NCBI GenBank assembly: GCA_002418775.1 | Contig: DIEU01000033.1 | Span: forward strand, 125 to 64,124 | Length of the DNA: 64,000 nucleotides | DNA from: Firmicutes bacterium UBA5766 | GTDB taxonomy: Bacteria > Bacillota > Desulfotomaculia > Desulfotomaculales > Nap2-2B | Direction of reading: 5' to 3' | Shown here: piece after piece, positions 40,694-48,738 of the stretch | Numbering within the stretch: position 1 is the first letter of the stretch | How the letters are laid out: each line of letters opens with the position of its first letter | The notes under the pieces: generated by a model | What the model was told of the DNA's origin: nothing | Database searches by the model: none | What the model saw: the letters and a program-made list of their open reading frames with translations, nothing else | Translations under genes and position numbers: made by a program

Positions 40694-42034
40694 CTATACC
40701 TCTAAATTGTGAACCAGGTTCTTAAACAAGTATAACTCGTCGTAAATGCCCCGGGTAATTAAAAAACGTTCCTTAACTCCTTCCCTTCCCCTTTTTCCCA
40801 TTGTTTTGGCAGACAGGGGATGCTCAAGCAGGTAGATTATTCTTTCAATCATTTCAGGTATACCCTTCTCTCCGGGGGTTATTAAAAAGCCGTTATAACC
40901 GTCGATAATCTGTGCCGGTATGCCTCCCGTATTACCGCCAATTACCGGTTTCTCCTTCCACATTCCTTCACTTACTGTAAGCCCGAAACCTTCTTTGACG
41001 GAGGGCTGCAGAATAATTGTAGACGCCCTCTGAAAGGCATTTACTTCTATATGACTGTCCGGAGGAAGATTCAGCAGTATGACATCCGGTATGTTTTTTG
41101 ACCTTTCAGCCAGTTCGTCAAAGATCCTGATATTTTCGGGGTCGTCGGAAGCTGTTCCGCCCGCCAGTAAAAGCTGACAGGGAATTGTTCTGCGAATTTT
41201 TTTAAAGGCTTCTATGGCTGCCAGATGTCCTTTAAAAGGATCGAAACGGGAGACCAGCGTAAGAAGAGGCTTCTTTTTCGAGTCTTCGATTCCGAATTTA
41301 TCAAGCACAGCCCGTATCTCTTGTTCCGTCAATTCCTTATTTTTGTCTGAAAGGGGATCAATATACGGCAGAATCAGAATTGACGGTACTTTCCACGGCG
41401 GAAGGAATTGAGGTGAAGAAAAGATCGTTGCGTCATAGGACTCGATCAGGGTCCTTAAAAACTCCGTTACAAAAAAATCTTTTGGCAGAAGCTGAATATG
41501 ACACCGCCAGATCCATTTCTGTTTTTCCCTTATTGCGGGGTCGAGGAATTTTATCATTCCGGCCGGCTGTGGATCGTGGATAAGAATTATATCCGCGTCC
41601 TGGTCAATTAATTTAAAGTTGGCCTTGTTTGTATCCCAGTATACTTTAGTCCCGACAAGATCCGGAATTCCCATCTTGCCCTGGATAAAATTATGAATCG
41701 TTTTCGTATAGTTAAAAAAATCTATATTTCCAGTGATAACTTCCCAGTTCATGTCAAGCCCAAGGACACGTTCAAGGGGAATTATTGAACGCAGCATTTC
41801 AGCAACGCCGCCGCCGAACCGTGCCGAATTGACCTGCTGTACTTTCAGCCCTTTAATTTCATTTCCCAGCCTGACAAGTTCCTCTATAATCTGCGGGCCG
41901 ACAATTTCAGCGTATTGATCAAGTGTTTTTGCAGGAGGCATGCCTTCCTTTGTTTTTAAAACCTTCTGGTCTTTTTTCTCCTGGAGATTTGTTTCCAATG
42001 TGATTAACTGCCTTTCCTTATCATTTTGAATCAT
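40694..42034 (-). CDS. treT: GT4 glycosyltransferase resembling trehalose glycosyl-transferring synthase (TreT)
   Basis: NSARFGGGVAEML, FFNYTKTIHNFIQG, WRCHI, IDPLSDKN, VSRFDPFKG, VNAFQRASTIILQPSVKEGFGLTVSEGMWKEKPVIGGNTGGIP. These match remembered TreT blocks. No search was run. Confidence 0.55.
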   Translation of the reverse strand: MIQNDKERQLITLETNLQEKKDQKVLKTKEGMPPAKTLDQYAEIVGPQIIEELVRLGNEIKGLKVQQVNSARFGGGVAEMLRSIIPLERVLGLDMNWEVITGNIDFFNYTKTIHNFIQGKMGIPDLVGTKVYWDTNKANFKLIDQDADIILIHDPQPAGMIKFLDPAIREKQKWIWRCHIQLLPKDFFVTEFLRTLIESYDATIFSSPQFLPPWKVPSILILPYIDPLSDKNKELTEQEIRAVLDKFGIEDSKKKPLLTLVSRFDPFKGHLAAIEAFKKIRRTIPCQLLLAGGTASDDPENIRIFDELAERSKNIPDVILLNLPPDSHIEVNAFQRASTIILQPSVKEGFGLTVSEGMWKEKPVIGGNTGGIPAQIIDGYNGFLITPGEKGIPEMIERIIYLLEHPLSAKTMGKRGREGVKERFLITRGIYDELYLFKNLVHNLEV

Positions 42035-42189
42035 TTATTTTAGCTTATTCTATGTTCGAAGCAATGTTCCTTTATATTTTAAACAGAGTTGTTATTGTTG
42101 TAAATGGGTGTCGACTAGATTGTTGCCTTTTGTAATTACAGGGTGATATAATACCCAATGCATATTTTTTTAAGGAGGCAAATATAAAA

Positions 42190-42966
42190 ATGCGCTTAAC
42201 CGTTCTCGGATGTTGGGCTCCATACACACCTATGGACGGCGCTTGTTCCGGCTATCTGCTGCAGGACGGCGGCGCCAACATTATTCTTGATTTGGGACAT
42301 GGCGCATTCAGCCGTTTAGGCCATTTCATACATCATGCAGATATAAAGGCGGCTGTTATAACCCACCTGCATCCCGATCACTACGTCGATTTGCACTGCC
42401 TGCGGCATGCCACTAAAGGCGCCCTGAGAGACGGTCTGAGAAGGAATCACATACAACTGTTTTTACCATCGGAACCAACCCATATTTTCAAGGAACTTCA
42501 GTCCTGTTCAGATGCCTTTGAGGTAACGCCTATTGAAGACCTGCCTGTTGAGAAATTGCCTTCCGGCGCCAGGGTGCGGCAGGCTAAAATCGGCGCTGTG
42601 AATATCATTTTTCTTCCAGTGCGTCATTCAAATATGAGCGCCTACGCTTTGGGAATAGAAGGTTCCGGTTACCTGGTTTATTCCGGGGACGCAATACCCG
42701 GCAAAGAATTAACCGAGTTTGCTGAAAAAGCCGGTATCTTCCTTTGTGAGGCAAGCGGACTGGATAAAGACCTGGAGACTTTCAAAGATCTGCATTTTAC
42801 GGCGCGGCAGGCCGGGGAACTGGCTGCGCAGGCTAAAGTCAAGGAACTTATTATAACTCACTTTTACCCTGAATATGATCTTGAGCAATTACGAACCCAG
42901 GCACAGGAAGGATATGGCCGTCCGGTAGTTCTTGCGCAGGAAGGAGACACTTACTTTTTATATTAA
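42190..42966 (+). CDS. MBL-fold metallo-hydrolase
   Basis: HLHPDHYVDL metal-binding motif. 258 aa. Confidence 0.8.
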   Translation: MRLTVLGCWAPYTPMDGACSGYLLQDGGANIILDLGHGAFSRLGHFIHHADIKAAVITHLHPDHYVDLHCLRHATKGALRDGLRRNHIQLFLPSEPTHIFKELQSCSDAFEVTPIEDLPVEKLPSGARVRQAKIGAVNIIFLPVRHSNMSAYALGIEGSGYLVYSGDAIPGKELTEFAEKAGIFLCEASGLDKDLETFKDLHFTARQAGELAAQAKVKELIITHFYPEYDLEQLRTQAQEGYGRPVVLAQEGDTYFLY

Positions 42967-42978
42967 AAGGATAACTAG

Positions 42979-43584
42979 ATGAGACTAATTCTGGCAACCC
43001 GCAACCAGGGAAAGACTAAAGAACTCGTTTCGTTGCTGAGCCCACTTGATCTCGATGTGGTTTCCCTTTCTTTATATCCCGAACTGCCCGAGATCATCGA
43101 GGATGGAACTACATTTGCCGAGAATGCCGCAAAAAAGGCCAGAACTATAGCACTGGCGACCGGCTGCCTGGCGATGGGCGATGACTCAGGACTAGAGGTG
43201 GATTTTTTAAACGGCGCCCCGGGAATATTTTCAGCGCGTTTCGCGGGCGAAAAAAGCGATGATCTTGCTAACAACACGAAACTCCTCAAATTATTGGAGA
43301 ATGTACCCTGGGAACAACGTAAGGCGCGTTTTTTTTGTGTTGTAGCAATTGCCACACCGTCCGGAAGAATTTTTACCGCCGAGGGCAGCTGCCAGGGAGT
43401 AATTGCTTTTGAACAGAAAGGCTCTGGAGGATTCGGCTATGATCCTCTTTTTTATGTGCCCGGACTTGAAAAGACTTTTGCCGAACTCGAACCTGATGTA
43501 AAAAATAAAATCAGTCACCGGGCGCGTGCTCTTGCCGGAGCATATAAAGTATTGCATGAAATAATCCAAAATAAGTTAGTCTGA
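42979..43584 (+). CDS. rdgB: Non-canonical purine NTP pyrophosphatase (XTP/dITP diphosphatase)
   Basis: ILATRNQGKTKE, EDGTTFAENA, DDSGLEVD, GGFGYDPLF and ISHRARA. Confidence 0.9.
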   Translation: MRLILATRNQGKTKELVSLLSPLDLDVVSLSLYPELPEIIEDGTTFAENAAKKARTIALATGCLAMGDDSGLEVDFLNGAPGIFSARFAGEKSDDLANNTKLLKLLENVPWEQRKARFFCVVAIATPSGRIFTAEGSCQGVIAFEQKGSGGFGYDPLFYVPGLEKTFAELEPDVKNKISHRARALAGAYKVLHEIIQNKLV

Positions 43585-44400
43585 TTTTAAACTTAAATCT
43601 TTTACTAAAACGTTTACAGCCTTAACAGTAAGGCCTGTCATGTCTTCAACGCGTTTCTTGACCGCATACTGCACTTTATGGCTCACAGTTTTTAAGTTGT
43701 AACCATGAATTATTGTCGGGAATATATCCAGAACAACGTCCTTTTCCGAGCGCGTTATATGTACTCTGCCTGTTTTTTTGACACCGTCAATTTCTTCGGC
43801 TGCCCTAGTAATAATAGAAATTAACGCACTGTGCGAAACAGAGATTTTGCCATAACCTGTAAAGGAAGGACGCACAACCGACTGCTCCGACCAGCTTTTT
43901 ATTTCGGGTGTGCTTTTGCGTTTTAAGAAGACCTGTAAAGGATTAATTAACGTATCCGGAAAAGACTTTTGGACTTCCACGGTGGGAGCGGGAATAACAT
44001 GTTTGCTGTGCTGCTTGCGAAGCATCCTGGCTTTGCGGATTTCTTTGGGTGACGCCACTTCTTCTATGGAAATAACCCTGCTGAAAGAATCAAGTCTGAG
44101 GTTGCTTCTTATTCTTTCGGCCATCCGTGCGGATGTTGCCAGAACCAGCACTCTTTGCTGGACAAATTCCAAAATTGCCGATCTGGCCAGTTCCGCTTCG
44201 TTTTTATCAAGAAAAAGCGCAGTCTTTATGGCTCCTATCCGGGTAGGCTGCTTTTTTGCGGATGAACCGGCGAGTATTTGAGTTCCCTTGATAACCAGGC
44301 CGTCATCAATAATTAAATCCGCATCCAACTCTTGAGCAAGCGCTATTGCCCGGTGGCTTTTTCCAGTTCCGCTGGGGCCTGTTAACGCAAAAACCTCCAC
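43576..44400 (-). CDS. Fusion protein: HprK-like P-loop N-domain plus Asp23/Gls24-like C-domain
   Basis: The N-terminus LTGPSGTGKSHRAIALAQELDADLIIDDG resembles the HPr kinase P-loop/ADD region. The C-terminus ISVSHSALISIITRAAEEIDGV ... VEDMTGLTVKAVNVLVKDL is Asp23-like. Confidence 0.6.
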   Translation of the reverse strand: MEVFALTGPSGTGKSHRAIALAQELDADLIIDDGLVIKGTQILAGSSAKKQPTRIGAIKTALFLDKNEAELARSAILEFVQQRVLVLATSARMAERIRSNLRLDSFSRVISIEEVASPKEIRKARMLRKQHSKHVIPAPTVEVQKSFPDTLINPLQVFLKRKSTPEIKSWSEQSVVRPSFTGYGKISVSHSALISIITRAAEEIDGVKKTGRVHITRSEKDVVLDIFPTIIHGYNLKTVSHKVQYAVKKRVEDMTGLTVKAVNVLVKDLSLKSD

Positions 44401-44411
44401 TTTGAACCCCT

Positions 44412-46190
44412 TTACAATTTATTCTCGGCCAGTTTAAACACCGTCTCTTCATCAGGACTTGCATTTATCGTTCGCTGGCCGGTATAGGTAACATAACCCG
44501 GCTTTGCGCCAGGCGGTTTACGTATGTTTTTTCGCAAAGTATAATCTACTGGAACATTTTTATTTTGCCTGGCCCTGCTGAAGTACGCCGCCAGGCAGGC
44601 AGCTTCCAGCAAGACATTCGCCGGTGTTTCAGACAAACTCTTTTCCGTTTTGATTATTACATGCGCTCCCGGATAATCCTTTACATGAAGCCAGATGTCA
44701 TTATCTTTGGCCACATGTGTGACCAGGTAGTCATTTTGGCGGTTTGTCTTGCCGACGAACGCAGTAAAGCCTTCGGACAATTTGAAAATCAGCGGCTGAG
44801 GCGTTTTCCGAACTGTTTTTACTTTGCGGGGGCCGGAGTTATCTTTAAGGTACCCCTGTCTTTTTAATTCTTCTTTTATTTCGGATATTTCCTGATCAGC
44901 GGATGCCATAGTCAGATTTGTTTCGACACCAGCAAGATAATTTAATTCTTTTAAGGTTTGTTCTTCTATCCTGGCGGCTGTTTTGGAAGCCCTCTTGGCT
45001 TTGGCGTATCTCTTAAAATACGCCTGGGCATTTTCAACGGGTCCCAATTCGGGACTGAGATCAATATCCGTCTTTGAACCGGATATATCATAAAAATTTT
45101 CAAGGCTGACTTTTACAGACCCCCTGCTTATTTGATGAATATTGGCCATAATCAATTCTCCGGATATCCTCAGTTGTTCTGTGTTTTCTTCCTGCCCAAG
45201 GTATTTGCGCTGGAATTCCAGCTTTTTTGAAAGATTTCCGGTCTGTTTAAGCACTGTTTTAAGAAGAAAGCTTCTTTCCTTCCCGCGCCTCAAATCTTCT
45301 TCCTGATAGTTGTAAAACTGTTCTACATGATCATTCATTGAGCCTTTTTTTCTTAATTGATCTCCAAAACAAGTCAGGTCAAAGGCGCTGAATTCTACCG
45401 GTTCCCCATGTCTGTTCAAAACAAGTGTCGGTTGAAACAGATTCTGTCTTGCCGGAATTATTATTTCCTGAAGGACGGTCCATATCTTATTAAGCTCATA
45501 CTCCCCGCACTCGTTTAAGGTAAGTTCCGCAGGAAGCCCTGTACGGTAAAGTATTTCATTAGCCAGAACAGTGCTGAATCCTTCCAGGCAGTTTTGCAGA
45601 CACTTTACTATGAGATCGTCTAAAGGTCTTTTCATCAAAGATTCGAACAGGTCTTTCTCCGTCATATGCAACGTGTCCAGCTTTTCCTGCGCCGGCGGCG
45701 GTATGTATATGCGCCCCGGCAGCACTTCCCTGTGCCGGCTCAATACGTGGGAGTATTTTTTAATGGCGTCGGTTATTTTCCTGCTTTGAACCTCGACAAG
45801 AATAATATTGCTGTGTTTCCCCATAATTTCACAGATCAGGTGTTTTGTTACTGCCTGGCCAATTTCGTTTTGCGCTTCTATCTCAAGTGAGACGATACGT
45901 TCCAGGCCGGGCTGAATTATTTTTTTTATACGTCCGCCTTCCAAATGCTTTCTAAGGACCATGCAGAAAGAGGGTGGGGAAGCCGGGTTTTCCTTTGGTT
46001 TCTTAAACAGGTGTACACGCGCGAAAGAAGGATGGACGCAAAGCAGCAGACGCATCCGTTCCCTAGCCTGACGAAGATTTAAAGCTATGGAATCCTGGTA
46101 AGGCTGATAGACCCGGTCAATCCTGCTCCCAATTATCTTTTCTTCCATTTCATGGCGTACTGCGGCAAGCACAAAACCGTCAAATGGCAT
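44412..46190 (-). CDS. rqcH: Ribosome quality-control protein RqcH (NFACT / FbpA family)
   Basis: MPFDGFVLAAVRHEM N-terminus, a long coiled-coil middle, and DIWLHVKDYPGAHVIIK (NFACT-R). Confidence 0.9.
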   Translation of the reverse strand: MPFDGFVLAAVRHEMEEKIIGSRIDRVYQPYQDSIALNLRQARERMRLLLCVHPSFARVHLFKKPKENPASPPSFCMVLRKHLEGGRIKKIIQPGLERIVSLEIEAQNEIGQAVTKHLICEIMGKHSNIILVEVQSRKITDAIKKYSHVLSRHREVLPGRIYIPPPAQEKLDTLHMTEKDLFESLMKRPLDDLIVKCLQNCLEGFSTVLANEILYRTGLPAELTLNECGEYELNKIWTVLQEIIIPARQNLFQPTLVLNRHGEPVEFSAFDLTCFGDQLRKKGSMNDHVEQFYNYQEEDLRRGKERSFLLKTVLKQTGNLSKKLEFQRKYLGQEENTEQLRISGELIMANIHQISRGSVKVSLENFYDISGSKTDIDLSPELGPVENAQAYFKRYAKAKRASKTAARIEEQTLKELNYLAGVETNLTMASADQEISEIKEELKRQGYLKDNSGPRKVKTVRKTPQPLIFKLSEGFTAFVGKTNRQNDYLVTHVAKDNDIWLHVKDYPGAHVIIKTEKSLSETPANVLLEAACLAAYFSRARQNKNVPVDYTLRKNIRKPPGAKPGYVTYTGQRTINASPDEETVFKLAENKL

Positions 46191-46296
46191 ATTTAGTCTC
46201 CCTGCCGGTTTCCTGATTGGTATTATTATATCACAACTTACATTGGCGTTGACTTCTTCCGGGTTTTGTGTGAAAATTACATTGTTGACTTTTTAA

Positions 46297-46375
46297 CGGG
46301 GCGTAGCTCAGTTTGGCTAGAGCGCACGGTTCGGGACCGTGAGGTCCGCAGGTTCAAGTCCTGTCGCCCCGACCA
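46297..46375 (+). tRNA. tRNA-Pro (anticodon CGG)
   Basis: Acceptor CGGGGCG/CGCCCCG, D arm GCTC/GAGC, anticodon stem CACGG/CCGTG with loop TTCGGGA, T arm GCAGG-TTCAAGT-CCTGT, and an encoded CCA. By hand folding the variable region is 6 nt, one longer than usual. Confidence 0.85.
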
Positions 46376-46418
46376 TTTTATTTCAAAATAAAGTATAATA
46401 CCAATAGGGGTGAACGAG

Positions 46419-46694
46419 ATGGAAAAAATTAAACTTAAAAAAGCGACCTTCTCTATACCTGAACCTGTACTTAAGAAGTTAAGCATACTGGCCAAAAAAA
46501 ACCGTAAATCCTCCGTTAATGCTATTGTGCGTGAAGCTCTTGAACTATATATAGTAGAAGTTGAACGCAGAGAATTCCGCCGGGCCATGATCGCTGCGGC
46601 CAATGATCCGATATTTATCCGTGATTTAAATGAAACAGCATCAGCATTTCGCTACGCTGACGCCGAATCTGCAGAGACGATTCCTGAATGGTAG
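46419..46694 (+). CDS. Ribbon-helix-helix (CopG/MazE-like) antitoxin
   Basis: KKATFSIPEPVLKKLSILAKKNRKSSVNAIVREALELYI is an RHH fold. Its stop overlaps the ATG of the mazF remnant (ATGGTAG). Confidence 0.7.
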   Translation: MEKIKLKKATFSIPEPVLKKLSILAKKNRKSSVNAIVREALELYIVEVERREFRRAMIAAANDPIFIRDLNETASAFRYADAESAETIPEW

Positions 46695-46813
46695 CTTATC
46701 GCTGGAAGATTTTCTGGGCTGACTTAAACCCGGTGATCGGTTCTGAGCAGGCCGGAAAACGTCCTATCAAAGATACGCAAAGCAGTTTTGCGTCACCTGG
46801 GATTTTTTCTTAA
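46688..46813 (+). pseudogene. mazF: Truncated MazF/PemK-family toxin (N-terminal ~26 aa of homology only)
   Basis: MVAYRWKIFWADLNPVIGSEQAGKRP matches the MazF N-terminus. The frame then runs into unrelated sequence and stops after 41 codons, against about 110-120 expected. Confidence 0.6.
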
Positions 46814-46956
46814 TTTTTAATGCCAATTCCCCTTCCAAGCTACTTAAAAAAAACAGGTTTTCATCTTTGGTCGAAAGAGAACCCGGGGTGAAGTCCGGAT
46901 AGCTGTAAACAACCTTCCTCAAGTATGATTTAAGGAAAGTGTTTGCGCTACTACTT

Positions 46957-47216
46957 CTACTTCATCGCCACTTCCACACGGTAGATTACGGTGAAGTTCT
47001 TGATGAAAAGCTGACGATAGTATTTATTAGCATACACGCTTTTTTTCTTGGAGCTTCCCGCTGGGGAAGTTCCTCCAAACTGAAGATTGTTTCTTCCAGC
47101 GCGTCCAGCAGTTTTTGCGCTGTACCTGACTCCAGCAGTGTTTCGGCAATGTAGGCATAGATGCCTTCCAAATCCCGACAGGCACGGGAAAGCAATTTTA
47201 CGGCATATTTATCCAA
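46957..47216 (-). pseudogene. RelE/ParE-family toxin disrupted by a frameshift at an A7 run
   Basis: The N-terminus is MDKYAVKLLSRACRDLEGIYAYIAE ... EELPQRE. After the A7 run (47040-47046), the conserved ParE-like C-terminus YANKYYRQLFIKNFTVIYRVE continues in another frame, reachable by adding one A. Confidence 0.6.
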
Positions 47217-47472
47217 AGCGCCGCCTCCTTAATGTGGAGAGAGCTTTCCTCGCATCCAATAACTGGCTGTCAGATGCATACCCGGCCTCAGCTTCCGTGA
47301 TGGCGGCGTCAAGTTCCCGTTCTTCCAGCATGGCTTCGTAAGTTTCAATGCTCATAATTACCAGATCACCATAGCCGTTTTTTGTAATGAAAATCGGCTC
47401 TTTCTTTGCATGGCAGATGTCGGAAATTTCGTTGGTATTTCTCAAATCCGTAATCGGTCTGATCTGCGGCAT
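47209..47472 (-). CDS. Phd/YefM-family antitoxin
   Basis: MPQIRPITDLRNTNEISDICHAKKEPIFITKNGYGDLVIMSIETYE. ATG at 47472 follows GGAGG, and the gene overlaps the toxin start by 8 nt. Confidence 0.8.
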   Translation of the reverse strand: MPQIRPITDLRNTNEISDICHAKKEPIFITKNGYGDLVIMSIETYEAMLEERELDAAITEAEAGYASDSQLLDARKALSTLRRRRFG

Positions 47473-47616
47473 AACGGCGCCTCCTCTCTTGTACATAATT
47501 ATAGCATTATTACGTGCAATACACAAGACAGTATGCCCCTCTTCATTTCCCACGCCCGCGCCAGTACAATCTTAAGTCAGGTTTTTATTCTTATTATGAA
47601 CTTGCTTTATTTTTAG

Positions 47617-48531
47617 CTACTTCTTAAAAAAGTGTTTCTTGTAAAATTCAAATGTATCTTTCATTCCTTTGGTAAAGGGAGTGTACTTGAAATTTAAAGT
47701 ATTTGAAATTAATGAACCGGAGTAGAGTTCATGCTGTTCTAAAGGGAAGGGAAGGGGGATGTTTTTTTGCTCAATTTCCTCAATGGTGTATTCCCTGGTC
47801 CGGATTCTTTCGCCGCTTATTTCTTCGAATACATTGACTAATTTTTGATATGAGATCATTTCCTCTGCCGACAGGTTGTAGACATTTCCATAGACTACGC
47901 TGTTGCCCAAACAGGAAACGCATAAGTTGGCGATATCCGTAACATAAACAAACTGAAAAAGAGCAATTGAGTTTGACGGTACCGGAACTTCCTTATCGGC
48001 CAAAATAAGGTCAAAAAAATATGATTCCCTCGGGGCATAATTAAAAGGACCGTAAACGAAAGCAGGCCTTAATACTGTATAATTTATATTTTTAGTCTCA
48101 CAACTCTTAACTAACTCAAGTTCTGTAAGATACTTTTTATAACCATAATCTCCAAAAGGACCCGGAATAGGTCCTGAAAGCTTGGGCGAGTCTTCATATT
48201 TAGGGTAATCTACAGATGTTTTATAAACCGCACAGGTACTGAAATAAATATAATGGTTTATTTTACCAGGCAAATCATTAATCATACTGTTTACTTCGTG
48301 AGGAAGATCAGCGCAGAAGTCAATCACCGCATCCCAATCTAGGGAAGGGATAACCTTTTTTACCATTTCAGATTCATTCCTGTCGCAGATATGTTCTTCG
48401 ACACCCTGCATCCTTAGCGGCATGTTACCCCGGTTAAGAACGTGGATTAAATATTCTTTTCGCCTCGATAGCATTAGAGTAAAAACTCTTCCTATAAAGT
48501 AACTCCCCCCGATAATCAAAATGTTTTTCAT
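47617..48531 (-). CDS. NAD-dependent epimerase/dehydratase (SDR family)
   Basis: Rossmann motif ILIIGGSYFIGR. 304 aa. Confidence 0.75.
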   Translation of the reverse strand: MKNILIIGGSYFIGRVFTLMLSRRKEYLIHVLNRGNMPLRMQGVEEHICDRNESEMVKKVIPSLDWDAVIDFCADLPHEVNSMINDLPGKINHYIYFSTCAVYKTSVDYPKYEDSPKLSGPIPGPFGDYGYKKYLTELELVKSCETKNINYTVLRPAFVYGPFNYAPRESYFFDLILADKEVPVPSNSIALFQFVYVTDIANLCVSCLGNSVVYGNVYNLSAEEMISYQKLVNVFEEISGERIRTREYTIEEIEQKNIPLPFPLEQHELYSGSLISNTLNFKYTPFTKGMKDTFEFYKKHFFKK

Positions 48532-48738
48532 TTTATTCCCAATCCCCTTTATGAAATTTAAAGCGTATAACTTGTGCGATTCCTCAAAGATTCCGGCGTT
48601 GTTTTTGCGATAGACATTTACTTTTCACTTAATTATAATAGTTAAGAGAAAATTGCGAAAGCAAAAACAGCTTTAAATGACGAATGTTTACAAATATTTA
48701 GTCTATAGCTGGGGGGCTGGAAAACGGACAGGAGTATC

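Noticed and set aside
46277-46603. 108-aa minus-strand ORF
   Set aside because: It overlaps the tRNA-Pro gene and runs antisense to the RHH antitoxin gene, so it is spurious.
46840-46875. Possible degenerate copy of the tRNA-Pro 3' end (GGGTGAAGTCCGGATAGC versus GGTTCAAGTCCTGTCGCC) as an attR site
   Set aside because: Only about 10 of the first 14 positions match and nothing matches beyond that. This cannot be distinguished from chance by eye.
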